Origin: Eledone cirrhosa
Taxonomy: Eukaryota
Direction: 5' to 3'
DNA: 64,000 nucleotides
NCBI GenBank assembly: GCA_964016885.1
Contig: OZ024760.1
Span: forward strand, 12,648,001-12,712,000
Part shown: in pieces, positions 12,103 through 25,032 of the stretch
Position numbering within the stretch: the first letter of the stretch is position 1
Layout: the number at the start of each line of letters is the position of its first letter
Translations under genes and position numbers: made by a program
Notes under the pieces: model-generated
What the model was told of the DNA's origin: nothing
Database searches by the model: none
Seen by the model: only the letters and a program-made list of their open reading frames with translations

Positions 12103-12161
12103 ACTGTTATATATATTTCAGTGGTATCTATTATGTAATAGATACAACCTCATCAGACAGC
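12103..12161 (-). ncRNA. Type I hammerhead ribozyme (family D)
   Basis: Minus strand: GCTGT-CTGATGA-ggttGTATCTATTacatAATAGATACcact-GAAA-TATATA-TA-ACAGT. Followed by AATAAA and a tail running into (TA)n. Confidence 0.88.
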
Positions 12162-12732
12162 TATTGTATAATCACTTGTCTCGGGTGGGTTTTGATGTTG
12201 CTCTTCCAATGCTAAAGCTTTTACAGCTTCTGACTACCAAACATCAACCACAGAGCATTATTCAACCCGAGGCGATGATAGATGACACTTACACGGGGTG
12301 CCCTGGAGTGGGAGTGAACTGGAAACCTCATATTTATTAGACAACCACCTTAACCAACCACACAGCCATGTCTACACCTATATGTCCAGATGGAAATTCC
12401 CATAGTTCTGAGTAATGATGACTTTCTACATTTAAACTATAAATATGTCTACGTGTATGATATTATTTCCCAAATATAGTGTAAGCCATTCTTTTCCTTC
12501 ATTTGTCTCTAGAGAGAGCTTAGCAAAAGGTAATTTAAGAAATCTTATACACACACTCACACACAACATACATAAGTGGTAAGAAACATATACATTCAGC
12601 ATATACATATACAGACATTCATACATATACAACTTCTACACATACATTCATATATATATATATACACACTTACACACATCAATGCACATACATACATATA
12701 CACACACTTACATATGTGTGAGTACATGTATA

Positions 12733-12763
<31 letters not shown>

Positions 12764-12766
12764 GTA

Positions 12767-12805
12767 TGACCCCGACGGCAGAGCTCGAGCCGTTTCGACG
12801 GCTAT

Positions 12806-12810
<5 letters not shown>
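12767..12810 (-). ncRNA. 3' half of a hammerhead (5'-truncated) within (TA)n
   Basis: Minus strand: tagccgtc-GAAA-CGGC tcgagctct GCCG-TC-gggg. GUC triplet present, CUGANGA missing. Homologous to 24022-24056. Confidence 0.6.
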
Positions 12811-12836
<26 letters not shown>

Positions 12837-12889
12837 AGATACATACATATATATATATATATATATAACATACATACATATATATATAT

Positions 12890-12921
<32 letters not shown>

Positions 12922-12947
12922 ACATACATACATACATATATATATAT

Positions 12948-12979
<32 letters not shown>

Positions 12980-12981
12980 AC

Positions 12982-13014
<33 letters not shown>

Positions 13015-13075
13015 ACATACATACATACATACATATATATATATATATAACATACATACATATATATATATATAT

Positions 13076-13178
<103 letters not shown>

Positions 13179-13352
13179 GTATATATGTATGTATGTATAT
13201 ATGTATATATACATGTACACACACACGTCTTTATAGATCTTGTTTATTGAGAGGAGAAATCTTAGTGAGAAGATAAGAATGAAGACTGAAGAAAACAGTT
13301 GAAGGGAAGAATAATAGTTGATATCTTTTACTGAATACCATGGAGACTATAT

Positions 13353-13409
<57 letters not shown>

Positions 13410-13424
13410 CATATATATACACAC

Positions 13425-13477
<53 letters not shown>

Positions 13478-13486
13478 TATATATAC

Positions 13487-13549
<63 letters not shown>

Positions 13550-13556
13550 TATACAC

Positions 13557-13587
<31 letters not shown>

Positions 13588-14441
13588 TATACATACACAC
13601 ATATATACACATATACATACATATATACACATATACATACACACACATATATAAACACATACATATATATATACACACATACATACGCACACACATATAT
13701 ACACACATACATATATATATACATACACATATACATATATATTTATACACATATACCAACAACAATGGTTTGTAATTTAGACACAAAGAAAGCCACTTGT
13801 TTGAGGGGTGGGGTGGGGGGGTGCGTCAATCAATGTCAGCCCCTATATATGACTGGTACTTTATTTTACCCCCCCCCCCCGCGCCCTCACTCAAATCTCA
13901 TCTCTGAAAGATGAGAGACAAAGTTGACCTCAGTTTGGGGTTTGACCTCAAGAACTGTGCTAAAATAACCAGAACTGAATACAGTCAGTCGACTAGACTT
14001 GCTGAGTCTGTTAATCACAGGTATAGTAGGGGTAGGGGGGGGGGGGAGGAAAGAAAGAGAGAGAAAAAGAAGGAAAGAGAGAAAGAAAGAAAGAAGGAAG
14101 AAAAACAAGAGAGAGAAAAAAAGGGGGAAGTAATGAAAGAAAGCAAGAAAAGGTTCTAGAAGAAAGACCAGGAAAACAGATGACCTTATTAAAGTATGAC
14201 AAACCCTACCACACCCACACCATCGACCCATCCCCACCACTACCCCCCCCCCTATATCTAATGTAAAAGCTGGGGTTATTCACGGTACAACAAACGCATC
14301 ACTAGACCAGATAATAGGATTCAGTTGAACAATATATATATATATTGTGTATATATATAAATATATAAATATATAAATATATAAATATATATACATATCG
14401 TATACATGCATATATATACATACACACATATATATATATAT

Positions 14442-14484
<43 letters not shown>

Positions 14485-14539
14485 CATATATAAATATATA
14501 TACATGCATATATATACATACACACATATATATATATAT

Positions 14540-14574
<35 letters not shown>

Positions 14575-14751
14575 CACATACATACATATATATATATATA
14601 TATACACATACATATATATATATATATATACACATACATACATATATATATATATATATACACATACATACATATATATATATATATATACACATACATA
14701 CATATATATATATATATATACACATACATACATATATATATATATATATAC

Positions 14752-14782
<31 letters not shown>

Positions 14783-14897
14783 CACATACATATATATATA
14801 TATATATACATACACATACATATATATATATATATATACACATACATATATATATATATATATACACATACATATATATATATATATATACACATAC

Positions 14898-14966
<69 letters not shown>

Positions 14967-15013
14967 TATATATACACACACACATATATATACACACACA
15001 CACATATATATAT

Positions 15014-15044
<31 letters not shown>

Positions 15045-15071
15045 CACACACACACACATATATATATATAT

Positions 15072-15114
<43 letters not shown>

Positions 15115-15687
15115 TATATATATATATAGCAAATTTTACATTATTACAGAATTATTATTATTCTAATATTGAAATAGACTTCTATTGATGCAACAACTTG
15201 AGATAAGATTGGGGGAGGAGGGGGTAGCGGGAGGGTGGGGTAGGAGAGGGTGGGGAGGGGATGGGGGCATTGAGATCAAACACTGACCTACATATCAAAA
15301 GCTGACACAAAGAAAACGAGAGAGAGAGAGAGAGATAAAGGTGGAAGCAGGGAGTGGTGGGAGGAGAGAGAGAGAGAGGGGGGGTAGAAAGAGAGAGAGA
15401 GAGAGAATGGGAGAGAGATATGAAGGTGGATGCAGGGAGTGGTGGGAGAGAGAGTCCAGTGACTAGAAAGAAGAGGAGGAGAAGGAAGAGGAGGGGATTA
15501 AGAGACAAAGAATGTCACCAAGTTAGAGGTCAAGTAGAGAGGTGACAAAAAGACAGTAAATTTATGGACTGACAGTGAGAGGGGTGTAGTGAGAGGAGGG
15601 GTAGTTAGGTAAGTAGTTATTGCCCTGTCATAAAAAGCATTCCATTTATGACCATCCCTTCCTATTTTTATGTTAGGTAAGTAGGTG

Positions 15688-16598
15688 AGGGTGTTTAGCT
15701 CATCTGTGACCCAATGGTAAGGGGGTTTAACTCATCTGTGACCCAGTAAGAAGGGTGTTTAGCTCATCTGTGACCCAATGGTAAGGGGGTTTAACTCATC
15801 TGTGACCCAGTAACAAGGGTATTTAGCTCATCTGTGACTCAATGGTAAGGGGGTTTAACTCATCTGTGACCCAGTAAGAAGGGTGTTTAGCTCATCTGTG
15901 ACCCAATGGTAAGGGGGTTTAATTCATCTGTGACTCAGTAAGAAGGGTGTTTAGCTCATCTGTGACCCAATGGTAAGGGGGTTTAACTCATCTGTGATCC
16001 AGTAAGAAGGGTGTTTAGCTCATCTGTGACCCAATGGTAAGGGGGTTTAACTCATCTGTGACCCAGTAACAAGGGTATTTAGCTCATCTGTGACTCAATG
16101 GTAAGGGGGTTTAACTCATCTGTGACCCAGTAAGAAGGGTGTTTAGCCTATCTGTGACCCAATGGTAAGGGGGTTTAATTCATCTGTGACCCAGTAAGAA
16201 GGGTGTTTAGCTCATCTGTGACCCAATGGTAAGGGGGTTTAACTCATCTGTGATCCAGTAAGAAGGGTGTTTAGCTCATCTGTGACCCAATGGTAAGGGG
16301 GTTTAATTCATCTGTGATCCAGTAAGAAGGGTATTTAGCTCATCTGTGACTCAATGGTAAGGGGGTTTAACTCATCTGTGACCCAGTAACAAGGGTGTTT
16401 AGCTCATCTGTGACCCAATGGTAAGGGGGTTTATCTCATCTGTGACCCAGTAACAAGGGTGTTTAGCTCATCTGTGACCCAATGGTAAGGGGGTTTATCT
16501 CATCTGTGACCCAGTAACAAGGGTGTTTAGCTCATCTGTGACCCAATGGTAAGGGGGTTTATCTCATCTGTGACCCAGTAACAAGGGTGTTTAGCTCA
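15688..16598. repeat. 64-bp higher-order minisatellite (two related 32-bp subunits), ~14 copies
   Basis: gtgtttagctcatctgtgacccaatggtaagg alternates with gggtttaactcatctgtgacccagtaagaagg. Confidence 0.95.
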
Positions 16599-16662
16599 TG
16601 ATAGTATTGGTCAGTGTTTCATAGCTTGCCCTACCATTTGTGTTAGTAACTGGAGCTATATT

Positions 16663-16813
16663 GGTGGATTGGCAGAATTGGTAGAGCATCAGACACCATG
16701 CTTTGTAGCATAGAGTAATGGCCCTTTGTTTTCTGAGTTTAAATCTGCCGAGGTTAACTTTGCCTTTCATCCTTATGGGGTCGATAAAATAAAGTACCAG
16801 TGATACACTGGGG
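16663..16813 (+). mobile_element. tRNA-derived SINE family M
   Basis: ggattggcagaattggtagagc...gagtttaaatc...ctttgcctttcatccttatggggtcgataaaataaagtaccag. Confidence 0.8.
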
Positions 16814-17458
16814 TGGTGATGATGGTGGTGGTGGTGGTGGTGGTGGTTGTGGCGTTGGTGGTGGTGGTAGTTATGGTGGTGGTGGCGTTGGTGGTGGTGT
16901 TGGTGGTAGTTATGGTGGCGTTGGTGGTGATGGTGGTGGTGGTGGTGGTAGTGATGGTGGTGGTGGTGGTAGTGATGGTGCTGGTGGTGGTGTTGGTGGT
17001 AGTTATGATGCTGATGTTGGTGCTGGTGGAGATGGTGGTGGTTGAGATGGTGGTGTGGTGGGGTGGGGAGTGAGACATGACTAAGTACTACTGTGTAAAT
17101 CATTCCAACAGTGACTAGACAACAACAACAACAACAACAGACGCACTTGACCTTGGAGCTCTCTCTCTCACACACACACACTCTTTCTCTCTCACACACA
17201 CACTCTCTCTCACACACACACACTCTTTCTCTCACACACACACTCTTTCTCTCTCACACACACACTCTCTCTCACACACACACACTCTCACACACACACA
17301 CACACTCTCTCTCACACACACACACTCTCCACCCTCTCTCTCAAGAAATGTTCTTTGAACATAGGATTATCTGTATAGAAATGAAATATCTCTAACAGAC
17401 ACAACCACACGTGTGTGTATGTATGTGTATATGTGTGTATGTGTGTGTGTGTGTGTGT

Positions 17459-17526
<68 letters not shown>

Positions 17527-17666
17527 CTTACCCGTCATTATGCATTGTCTCAACCTTCTTATATATATCAATTTCCACATTATACACATACATGTATGAA
17601 TATATATATGTGTGTGTGCGTGTGTGTGTATCATCATCATCATCATTATACGTCCGCTTTTCCCTG

Positions 17667-17726
<60 letters not shown>

Positions 17727-17828
17727 TGCTTTCACAATAAGAAACAGACACACATACTTAAAGACATTCAGTATTGCAAAAACAAAAAAAAATACATATT
17801 ATACACATGTATACATACACACACACAG

Positions 17829-17865
<37 letters not shown>

Positions 17866-17969
17866 TGCTTTCACAATAAGAAACAGACACACATACTTAA
17901 AGACATTCAGTATTGCAAAAACAAAAAAAAAAAAATACATATTATACACATGTATACATACACACACAC

Positions 17970-18013
<44 letters not shown>

Positions 18014-18181
18014 ATATGTGTGCCTGCATGTTTACACACACAACATTTCTATAATGCGTTCACAATTTGCATTTACAATTTCTGAACTGGTAACAGCACT
18101 GACTGGGGTTGAGCTCAGAATATATATGTTTAAGTGCAGAGTAGATTTAGAAATATTGTCAAATGCATAATTATATATATA

Positions 18182-18226
<45 letters not shown>

Positions 18227-18334
18227 ATATCTGTGTATATATGTATGGGTGTATATATGTGTGGGTATTGCTCTGTAGGTGCTGTAGATGTTTTAAACAG
18301 CCTCAGTAAAGTAGACTATCAACACACACACACC

Positions 18335-18857
18335 ATCGTCGTTCTAACATCATCGTTCTTACGTCCATTTTTATATGATTGCATGAGTTGGCTGGGTCCT
18401 TTCCACTCAGTGCATTTCTCCCTCATCTCTTCTGTGAGTTACAGAGATTTGAGATATATCTCCACACCCTGTGTTCCTTCACCATCTCCTCTCTGAGTTT
18501 CAATGATTTGAGTTATATCAGCTCTCGCCACCTCTGCCTAGGTCTTCCTTGGTCACCCTCTACTGCAGTTCCCTTCCACTGGGATTTCCTGGCACTTCTT
18601 CACTCAGCAATCACTATCCATGTGCACCACGTCTGTACCAATGCAGTCTTCTCTCTCACACAACACTTCTGATTCCTCTTAAACCCAGTTTCTCTCTCTT
18701 TCAACTCGTCCAAGCTCTGCCTTTCTCTCACATTTATGTTGCACATTCAATGAAGCATGGCTGCTTCATTTCTCTCCAGCCGACACATGTCTTCTGCAGT
18801 CACTGCCCATGTTTCACTACCATGCAACATTGCACTTCACACAGGCAACATACAGCT
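18335..18857 (-). mobile_element. Degenerate RTE-clade LINE 3' fragment (end of RT ORF plus 3' tail)
   Basis: Minus-strand translation with frameshifts and stops: SAMLHGSETWAVTAEDMCRLERNEAAMLH*MCNINVRERQSLDEL...RRLHWY...PRQRW. Matches RTE YGSETW / RRLRWFGH / GRPRxRW motifs. The tail resembles the SINE tails. Confidence 0.85.
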
Positions 18858-19167
18858 GGTCTTTATTTCGTTTTCTCCATTCCTTCTGTTCATTTAATAA
18901 CACATGCTGGCTGACTACGCAGTACACGCACACATATGTGTGTGTGTATATATCATCATCATCATCATCATCATCGTTTAACGTCCATTTTCCACACTAG
19001 CATGGAATGTATGTATATATACATATAAATATATATATATATATATATACATACATATTTATATATGATATATATATGGCATTAAAATTTAATCTAATTC
19101 CATTCACGCCTGAAGAGTTGTCTGTCTACATACCAAGACAATGTCCCATATTGAAGGTTATGTGTGC

Positions 19168-19228
<61 letters not shown>

Positions 19229-19316
19229 TAACCTTCAATATGGGACATTGTCAGCGTTTATATATATATATATTTATACACTTACATATGTGTATACACA
19301 AATATGTATCTATGTA

Positions 19317-19364
<48 letters not shown>

Positions 19365-20137
19365 TACATAAATACATATTTGTGTATACACATATGTAAG
19401 TGTATAAATATATAAACGCTGACACACACACATATACACACATGTATATATAGAGAGAGATATATGATATATTACAGATTCTCCCTATTCTGTTCTGTAT
19501 AATTCATATAATAAACAGCAGCCCCAATAGCAGTAGTAGTAGCAGCAGTAGTAGTAGCAGCAGCAGTAGCAGTAGTAGTAGCAGCAGCAGCAGTAGTAGC
19601 AGCAGCAGCAGTAGTAGTAGTAATGTGCGATGAGAGTTGTGAGTAATTTAAGTAATTTTTAATTTCATCTGGAGTAAATTGTAATGGCAACCACTTCATG
19701 GTTAGATGAAGAGAGGGTCATACTCTGGAACACAGAGAGGGTCATACTCTGGAACACAGAGAGGGTCATACTCTGGAACACAGAGACATGTGTGGGTCTA
19801 TTATTCCTAAGAGGGTATCTTGAAAAGTTCATAGGCTGACTGACTATGAAGGAGTGATGCTAGAGCTGTCAAATCTCGCATGCATTAATTTCATCTCTTC
19901 TTATTAATAACAATATAGTCACAATGAGTTGAAGTGGCAACAGACCACGACACGCTATACAGTGACAGGCAGACATAGACCAACTAACAACAGACCAGTA
20001 CATGACATACAACCACAAAGACTAACAACAGACCAACACAATGTAAACTCAGAGAGACCATACAACAGACCACCACATCACATTCGGCCACCATGACTAA
20101 CAACACACCAGTATACCATAGACGCTATGAGTTCAAC

Positions 20138-20540
20138 CAACAATAGACTAACACAATATAGGCAGAGATCAACAATAGACCAACACACAATATACAACCA
20201 TAAAGACTAACAACGTACAGCCTCAATATAGACCTAAATAGACCAACCAACAATAGACAGATCAACAATAGACCAACACACAATATACAACCATAAAGAC
20301 TAACAACGTACAGCCACAATATAGACCCAAATAGACCAACCAACAATAGACAGATCAACAATAGACCAACACACAATATACAACCATAACGACTAACAAC
20401 GTACAGCCACAACATAGACCCAAATAGACCAACCAACAATAGACAGATCAACAATAGACCAACACACAATATACAACCATAAAGACTAACAACGTACAGC
20501 CACAATATAGACCCAAATAGACCAACCAACAATAGACCAG
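20138..20540. repeat. 93-bp tandem repeat (~4 copies) in a CA-rich degenerate array
   Basis: gatcaacaatagacc recurs at 20167, 20260, 20353 and 20446. Confidence 0.9.
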
Positions 20541-20981
20541 ACAATAAACCCCCAACACATCATAAACAGCCAAAATAACTAACAACAGACAGTACACCAT
20601 AGTCACAGAGTACAACTAACAACAGAGCGCCACAATATAAACCCACAGAGACCAACCAACAGACCACCACCACTAACAATAGACCATCATAAGATTGTCA
20701 CAATAATTTCAACCATCAACAAGCTAACACATTCAAGACAGAGTAACAGACAGACAGACAGACATACAGAGTAACAGACAGACAGACAGACATACAGAGT
20801 AACAGACAGACAGACATACATACATACAGACAGACATACAGACAGACAGACATACAGACAGACATACATACAGACAGGCAGGCAGGCAGAGTGACAGAGA
20901 TCGCAGGTGTTTGATTTTACTAACATAAAAACAGAAACCAAATGACAATCAACAATGGAATTGGAAAGGTGTATATATTAT

Positions 20982-21023
<42 letters not shown>

Positions 21024-21365
21024 ATAAGAGTAGAGAGATCATTATATATGTATGTGTGTGTGTGTGTATGTATGTATGTGTGTGTGTGTGTAGGAGAGAA
21101 AGAAACGGAGGGAGAGAAGAGAAAGGGAGATGATACAAGAGGATGGAGGAAAGAAAGAGAGAGAAGAAGAAAGAGAAGATAATGGGAGAAGAAGAGAGGA
21201 GGGGTGAGAGAAGAGAAGAGAGGAGGGGTGAGAGAAGAGAAGAGAGGAGGGGTGAGAGAAGAGAAGGGAGGAGGGGTGAGAGAAGAGAAGAGAGGAGGGG
21301 TGAGAGAAGAGAAGAGAGGAGGGGTGAGAGAAGAGAAGGGAGGAGGGATAGATTAAAAATGTAAT

Positions 21366-21497
21366 AATTGTTTCTACTTTTGGCACAAGGCCAGCAATTA
21401 CCCAGTACATTACTGGTACTTTATTTTATCGACCCCGTAAGGACGAAAGGCAAAGTTAACCTCGGCGGGATTTGAACTCAGAATGCCAAGGGCCGTG
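21366..21497 (-). mobile_element. SINE family M, 3' part
   Basis: Reverse complement of B box, central domain and ...gtagaaacaattatt end. Confidence 0.8.
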
Positions 21498-22269
21498 TAA
21501 TAATGTCAGATAATGTTAAAACTGATGTTGAAATAGGAATGGAATGAAGAAATATTTGGCAGAGGACTACTTCAGAGTTGGTGGTGGTGGTGGTGGTGGT
21601 GGTGGTGTTGGTGGTGGTGGTGTTGGTGGTGTTGGTGTTAGTGGTGTTGGTGGTGTTGGTGGTGGTGGTGGTGATAGTGTTGGTGGTGGTGGTGTTGGTG
21701 TTGGTGGTGTTAGTGGTGTTGGTGGTGTTGGTGGTGGTGATGGTGTTGGTGGTGGTGGTGTTGTTGGTGGTAGTGGTGTTGGTGTTGGTGGTGGTGTTGG
21801 TGGTGGTGGTGGTGTTGGTAGTGGTGGTGTTGGTAGTGGTGGTGTTGGTGGTGGTGTTGGTGGTGTTGGTGGTGTTTATGGTGGTGGTGGTGATAGTGGT
21901 GGTGGTGATAGTGTTGGTGGTGGTGGTGTTGGTGGTGTTGGTGTTAGTGGTGTTGGTGGTGTTGGTGGTGGTGATGGTGTTGGTGGTGGTGGTGTTGTTG
22001 GTGGTAGTGGTGTTGGTGTTGGTGGTGGTGTTGGTGGTGGTGTTGGTAGTGGTGGTAGTGGTGGTGTTGGTGGTGGTGGTGGTGTTGGTGGTGTTGTTGA
22101 TAGTGTTGGTGGTGTTGTTGATAGTGTTGGTGGTCTTGGTGGTGTTGTTGATAGTGTTTGTGGTGTTGGTGGTGGTGTTGGTGATGGTGTTGGTGGTGTT
22201 GGTGTTGTTGTTGATAGTGTTGGTGGTGTTGGTGGTGGTGTTGATAGTGTTGGTGGTGGTGGTGTTGTC

Positions 22270-23160
22270 TCTTTCCCTCAAAAGTTTGGGGAACTGGGGA
22301 CAAGATAGGTCTTGAGAGAGACAGGTACAGCTAGAGAGACCCGCTACCTCAGCCACTCTCCCTCCCTGGTAGTTTGGGCAACTGAGGACAAGATGTCTTG
22401 ATGGTGACTAACAGACCAACCAGCCAACAGTTGTTTAACAGATTAAATTACTATCAAATTTATTACCAATAAATATCTATAGATAGCATTATCTTGGGCC
22501 TATCTCTTGAGTCTGTTGAGCTGTACCCCTTCCTGGCAGGTATAGCTGGGGACACCTGCTGCCTCGGTCACTCCCCCCCCCCCCCCCTAGCTGTTTGTAC
22601 AGCCAGAGGCACTTGCTACATCAGTCACTCTCCCTTAGCTGTTAGTATAGCCAGAGACACCTGCTATCTCGGCCACTCTCTCAGCAGTTAGTATAGCCAG
22701 AGACACCTGCTATCTCGGCCACTCTCTCAGCAGTTAGTATAGCCAGAGACACCTGCTATCTCGGCCACTCTCTTAGTAGTTAGTACAGCCAGAGACACCT
22801 GCCGTCTCAGCCACTCCCCCTTAGCTGTTTGTACAGACACCTGCTATCTCGGCCACACTTTCTCTCTCTTTCTCTAGTAGTTTGAGGAACCCAGGACCAG
22901 ATAGGTCTGGATGGCAATCAACTGCCAGTTGTTTACTATATTAAATCAGTTACAGATAGATATCTATAGATAACAGCAATATCTTCAACCAAACTCTTGT
23001 ATTTTAGTTAGTATGTTGAGCTATGACCCCTTTCATGTCAGGTACAGTCAGAGACACCCGCTATCTCGGCCACACTCTCCCTCAGCAATCTATAGATAAC
23101 AGCAATATCTTCAACCAAACTCCTGTATTTTAGTGAGTTTGTTGAAGTGTGACCCCTTCC
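22270..23160. repeat. 46-bp tandem array nested in larger local duplications
   Basis: gtatagccagagacacctgctatctcggccactctc at 22645, 22691 and 22737. Flanking blocks 22270-22540, 22870-23080 and 23088-23160 are mutually similar. Confidence 0.8.
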
Positions 23161-23398
23161 TTAGAGGTCGATACAGTATAAAGTATGACACTGATAAGGG
23201 GATAGGTAGCAACTGGAGTAACCTCTTCTTGTTAACCCCTAATCTTATCTAGTCACTCAACTGTGATTCCTTCATTCAGATCTAGAAGGAAAGCAAGGAA
23301 ATTAAATTATGTGATGTTTATAGAACTTCTATCAAGTCATTCATTAACAGCAATAAACCACATGAAGCCATCTCCAGGTTTACGATAAAAAAAAAATC

Positions 23399-23810
23399 AC
23401 CCAGTACACACTGTAAGGTGGCCGTGTAGGAGACACGGTGAAAAGGCTCCCAGTACACGCTCTAAGGTGGCCGTGTAGGAGACTCGGTGAAAAGGCTCCC
23501 AGTACACACTGTAAGGTGGCCGTGTAGGAGACACGGTGAAAAGGCTCCCAGTACACGCTCTAAGGTGGTCGTGTAGGAGACACGGTGAAAAGGCTCCCAG
23601 TACACACTGTAAGGTGGCCGTGTAGGAGACACGGTGAAAAGGCTCCCAGTACACACTGTAAATGTGGTTGGAACTGGGAAGGACATCCAGCTGTAGAAAC
23701 CAAGCCCAAATCAGTTCTGTGTGGGCAAAACATAGTCCTTTGACCAGGATCTCTCAGAACGGGACAGCACATCCTACCCATGCTAGTGTGGAAAATGGAC
23801 CTCCAATGAG
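23399..23810 (+). mobile_element. SINE fragment with 49-bp tandem amplification (~5 copies)
   Basis: ccagtacacactgtaaggtggccgtgtaggagacacggtgaaaaggctc repeats, then catccagctgtagaaa...acccatgctagtgtggaaaatggac tail. Confidence 0.85.
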
Positions 23811-23855
23811 ATATACCATGGGGGAGGCCAGCTAAACCTGCATAGGTGTGAGCTG

Positions 23856-23901
<46 letters not shown>

Positions 23902-23961
23902 GTATATAACAAAGAGAGTGTGGTAAGACACCAGGTGACTGGATGCCCATATATGGACCGT

Positions 23962-24056
23962 ACCCCTTAATAATTTCAGCTAGATTCCCACCATTCTAAT
24001 ACTGGTGGCTTAGTTCGTGACTAGCTGTCGAAATGGCCGGAGCTCAACTGTCGGGT
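23962..24056 (+). ncRNA. Degenerate hammerhead remnant (same family as 12767-12810)
   Basis: ACCC-(cttaata, mutated core)-CAGCTAG...CTAGCTGtc-GAAA-tggc cggagctca actg-TC-GGGT. Confidence 0.45.
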
Positions 24057-24083
24057 TTCTGACTATTTTCCTATATATATATA

Positions 24084-24475
24084 ATCATCATCATCACCGT
24101 TTTACGTCCGTTCTTCCACGCTAGCATGGGTTAGACAGGTTGTCCTGTTGTGGGCAGTGTCCGGTTGGCTGACCATGCCTTTCTCATACGGGAACTGATT
24201 CTGGCTTGATTTCTACAGCTGGATGCCCTTCCTAACACCAACCTCATTTACAGTGAGTGCTGGGTGCTTTTTTTCCGTGGCACCTCCACGACCACTTTAC
24301 AGTGGAATGATAGGGACCCCAGTCCTATCATCTCATTTCTACAGCTGAGTAAACTGGAACAATGTGAAATAAAGTGTCTTGCTCAAGGAAACAACACATC
24401 ACCCGGTCTGAGAATTGAACTCACAACCTTTCGATTGAAAGCCCAAATGCTCTAACCACTAAGCCATGTGCTTCC
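24084..24475 (-). mobile_element. tRNA-derived SINE, family B head with long-type tail
   Basis: Head matches 37174-37440, tail matches 1540-1669. Confidence 0.85.
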
Positions 24476-24776
24476 CTATATATATATATCATCATCATCA
24501 TCATTTTACGTCCACTTTTCCCTGGCTGCATATATATATATATGTTTATGTCAAGTGGTAGCAGTGGCACCATAAGAAGATAAACCCATATACGCAGTGA
24601 AGTGGTTGAGTTGACATTAGGAAAAGAATTCAGCCATAGAAACTGCTCCAATATAGAATGTATGAACATGACGTAATTGTCTCATCTGCTTGTCTAGCCA
24701 CAGAGCGTGACAACCCATATAACCCATGCAAGCATGGAATATAGACATAAAACAGTGTGATTATATATATATATAT

Positions 24777-24836
<60 letters not shown>

Positions 24837-24895
24837 CTAGCGTGGAAAATGGACATTAGATGATGATGATGATGATATATATATATATATATATA

Positions 24896-24960
24896 ATATA
24901 AAACAAAAAATCAGCGATGCATCTGGACTCTATTGTGTGTTACAATTGTTTCGCAGGCAT
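24896..24960 (-). ncRNA. 3' half of a hammerhead plus tail within (TA)n
   Basis: Minus strand: gcctgc-GAAA-CAATTG-TA-acacac-aatagagtcc. Palindromic helix III, 5' part absent. Confidence 0.5.
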
Positions 24961-24971
24961 ATATATAATCC

Positions 24972-25032
<61 letters not shown>

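Noticed and set aside
13280-13330. CTGAAGA followed by a weak stem
   Set aside because: No GAAA and poor pairing.
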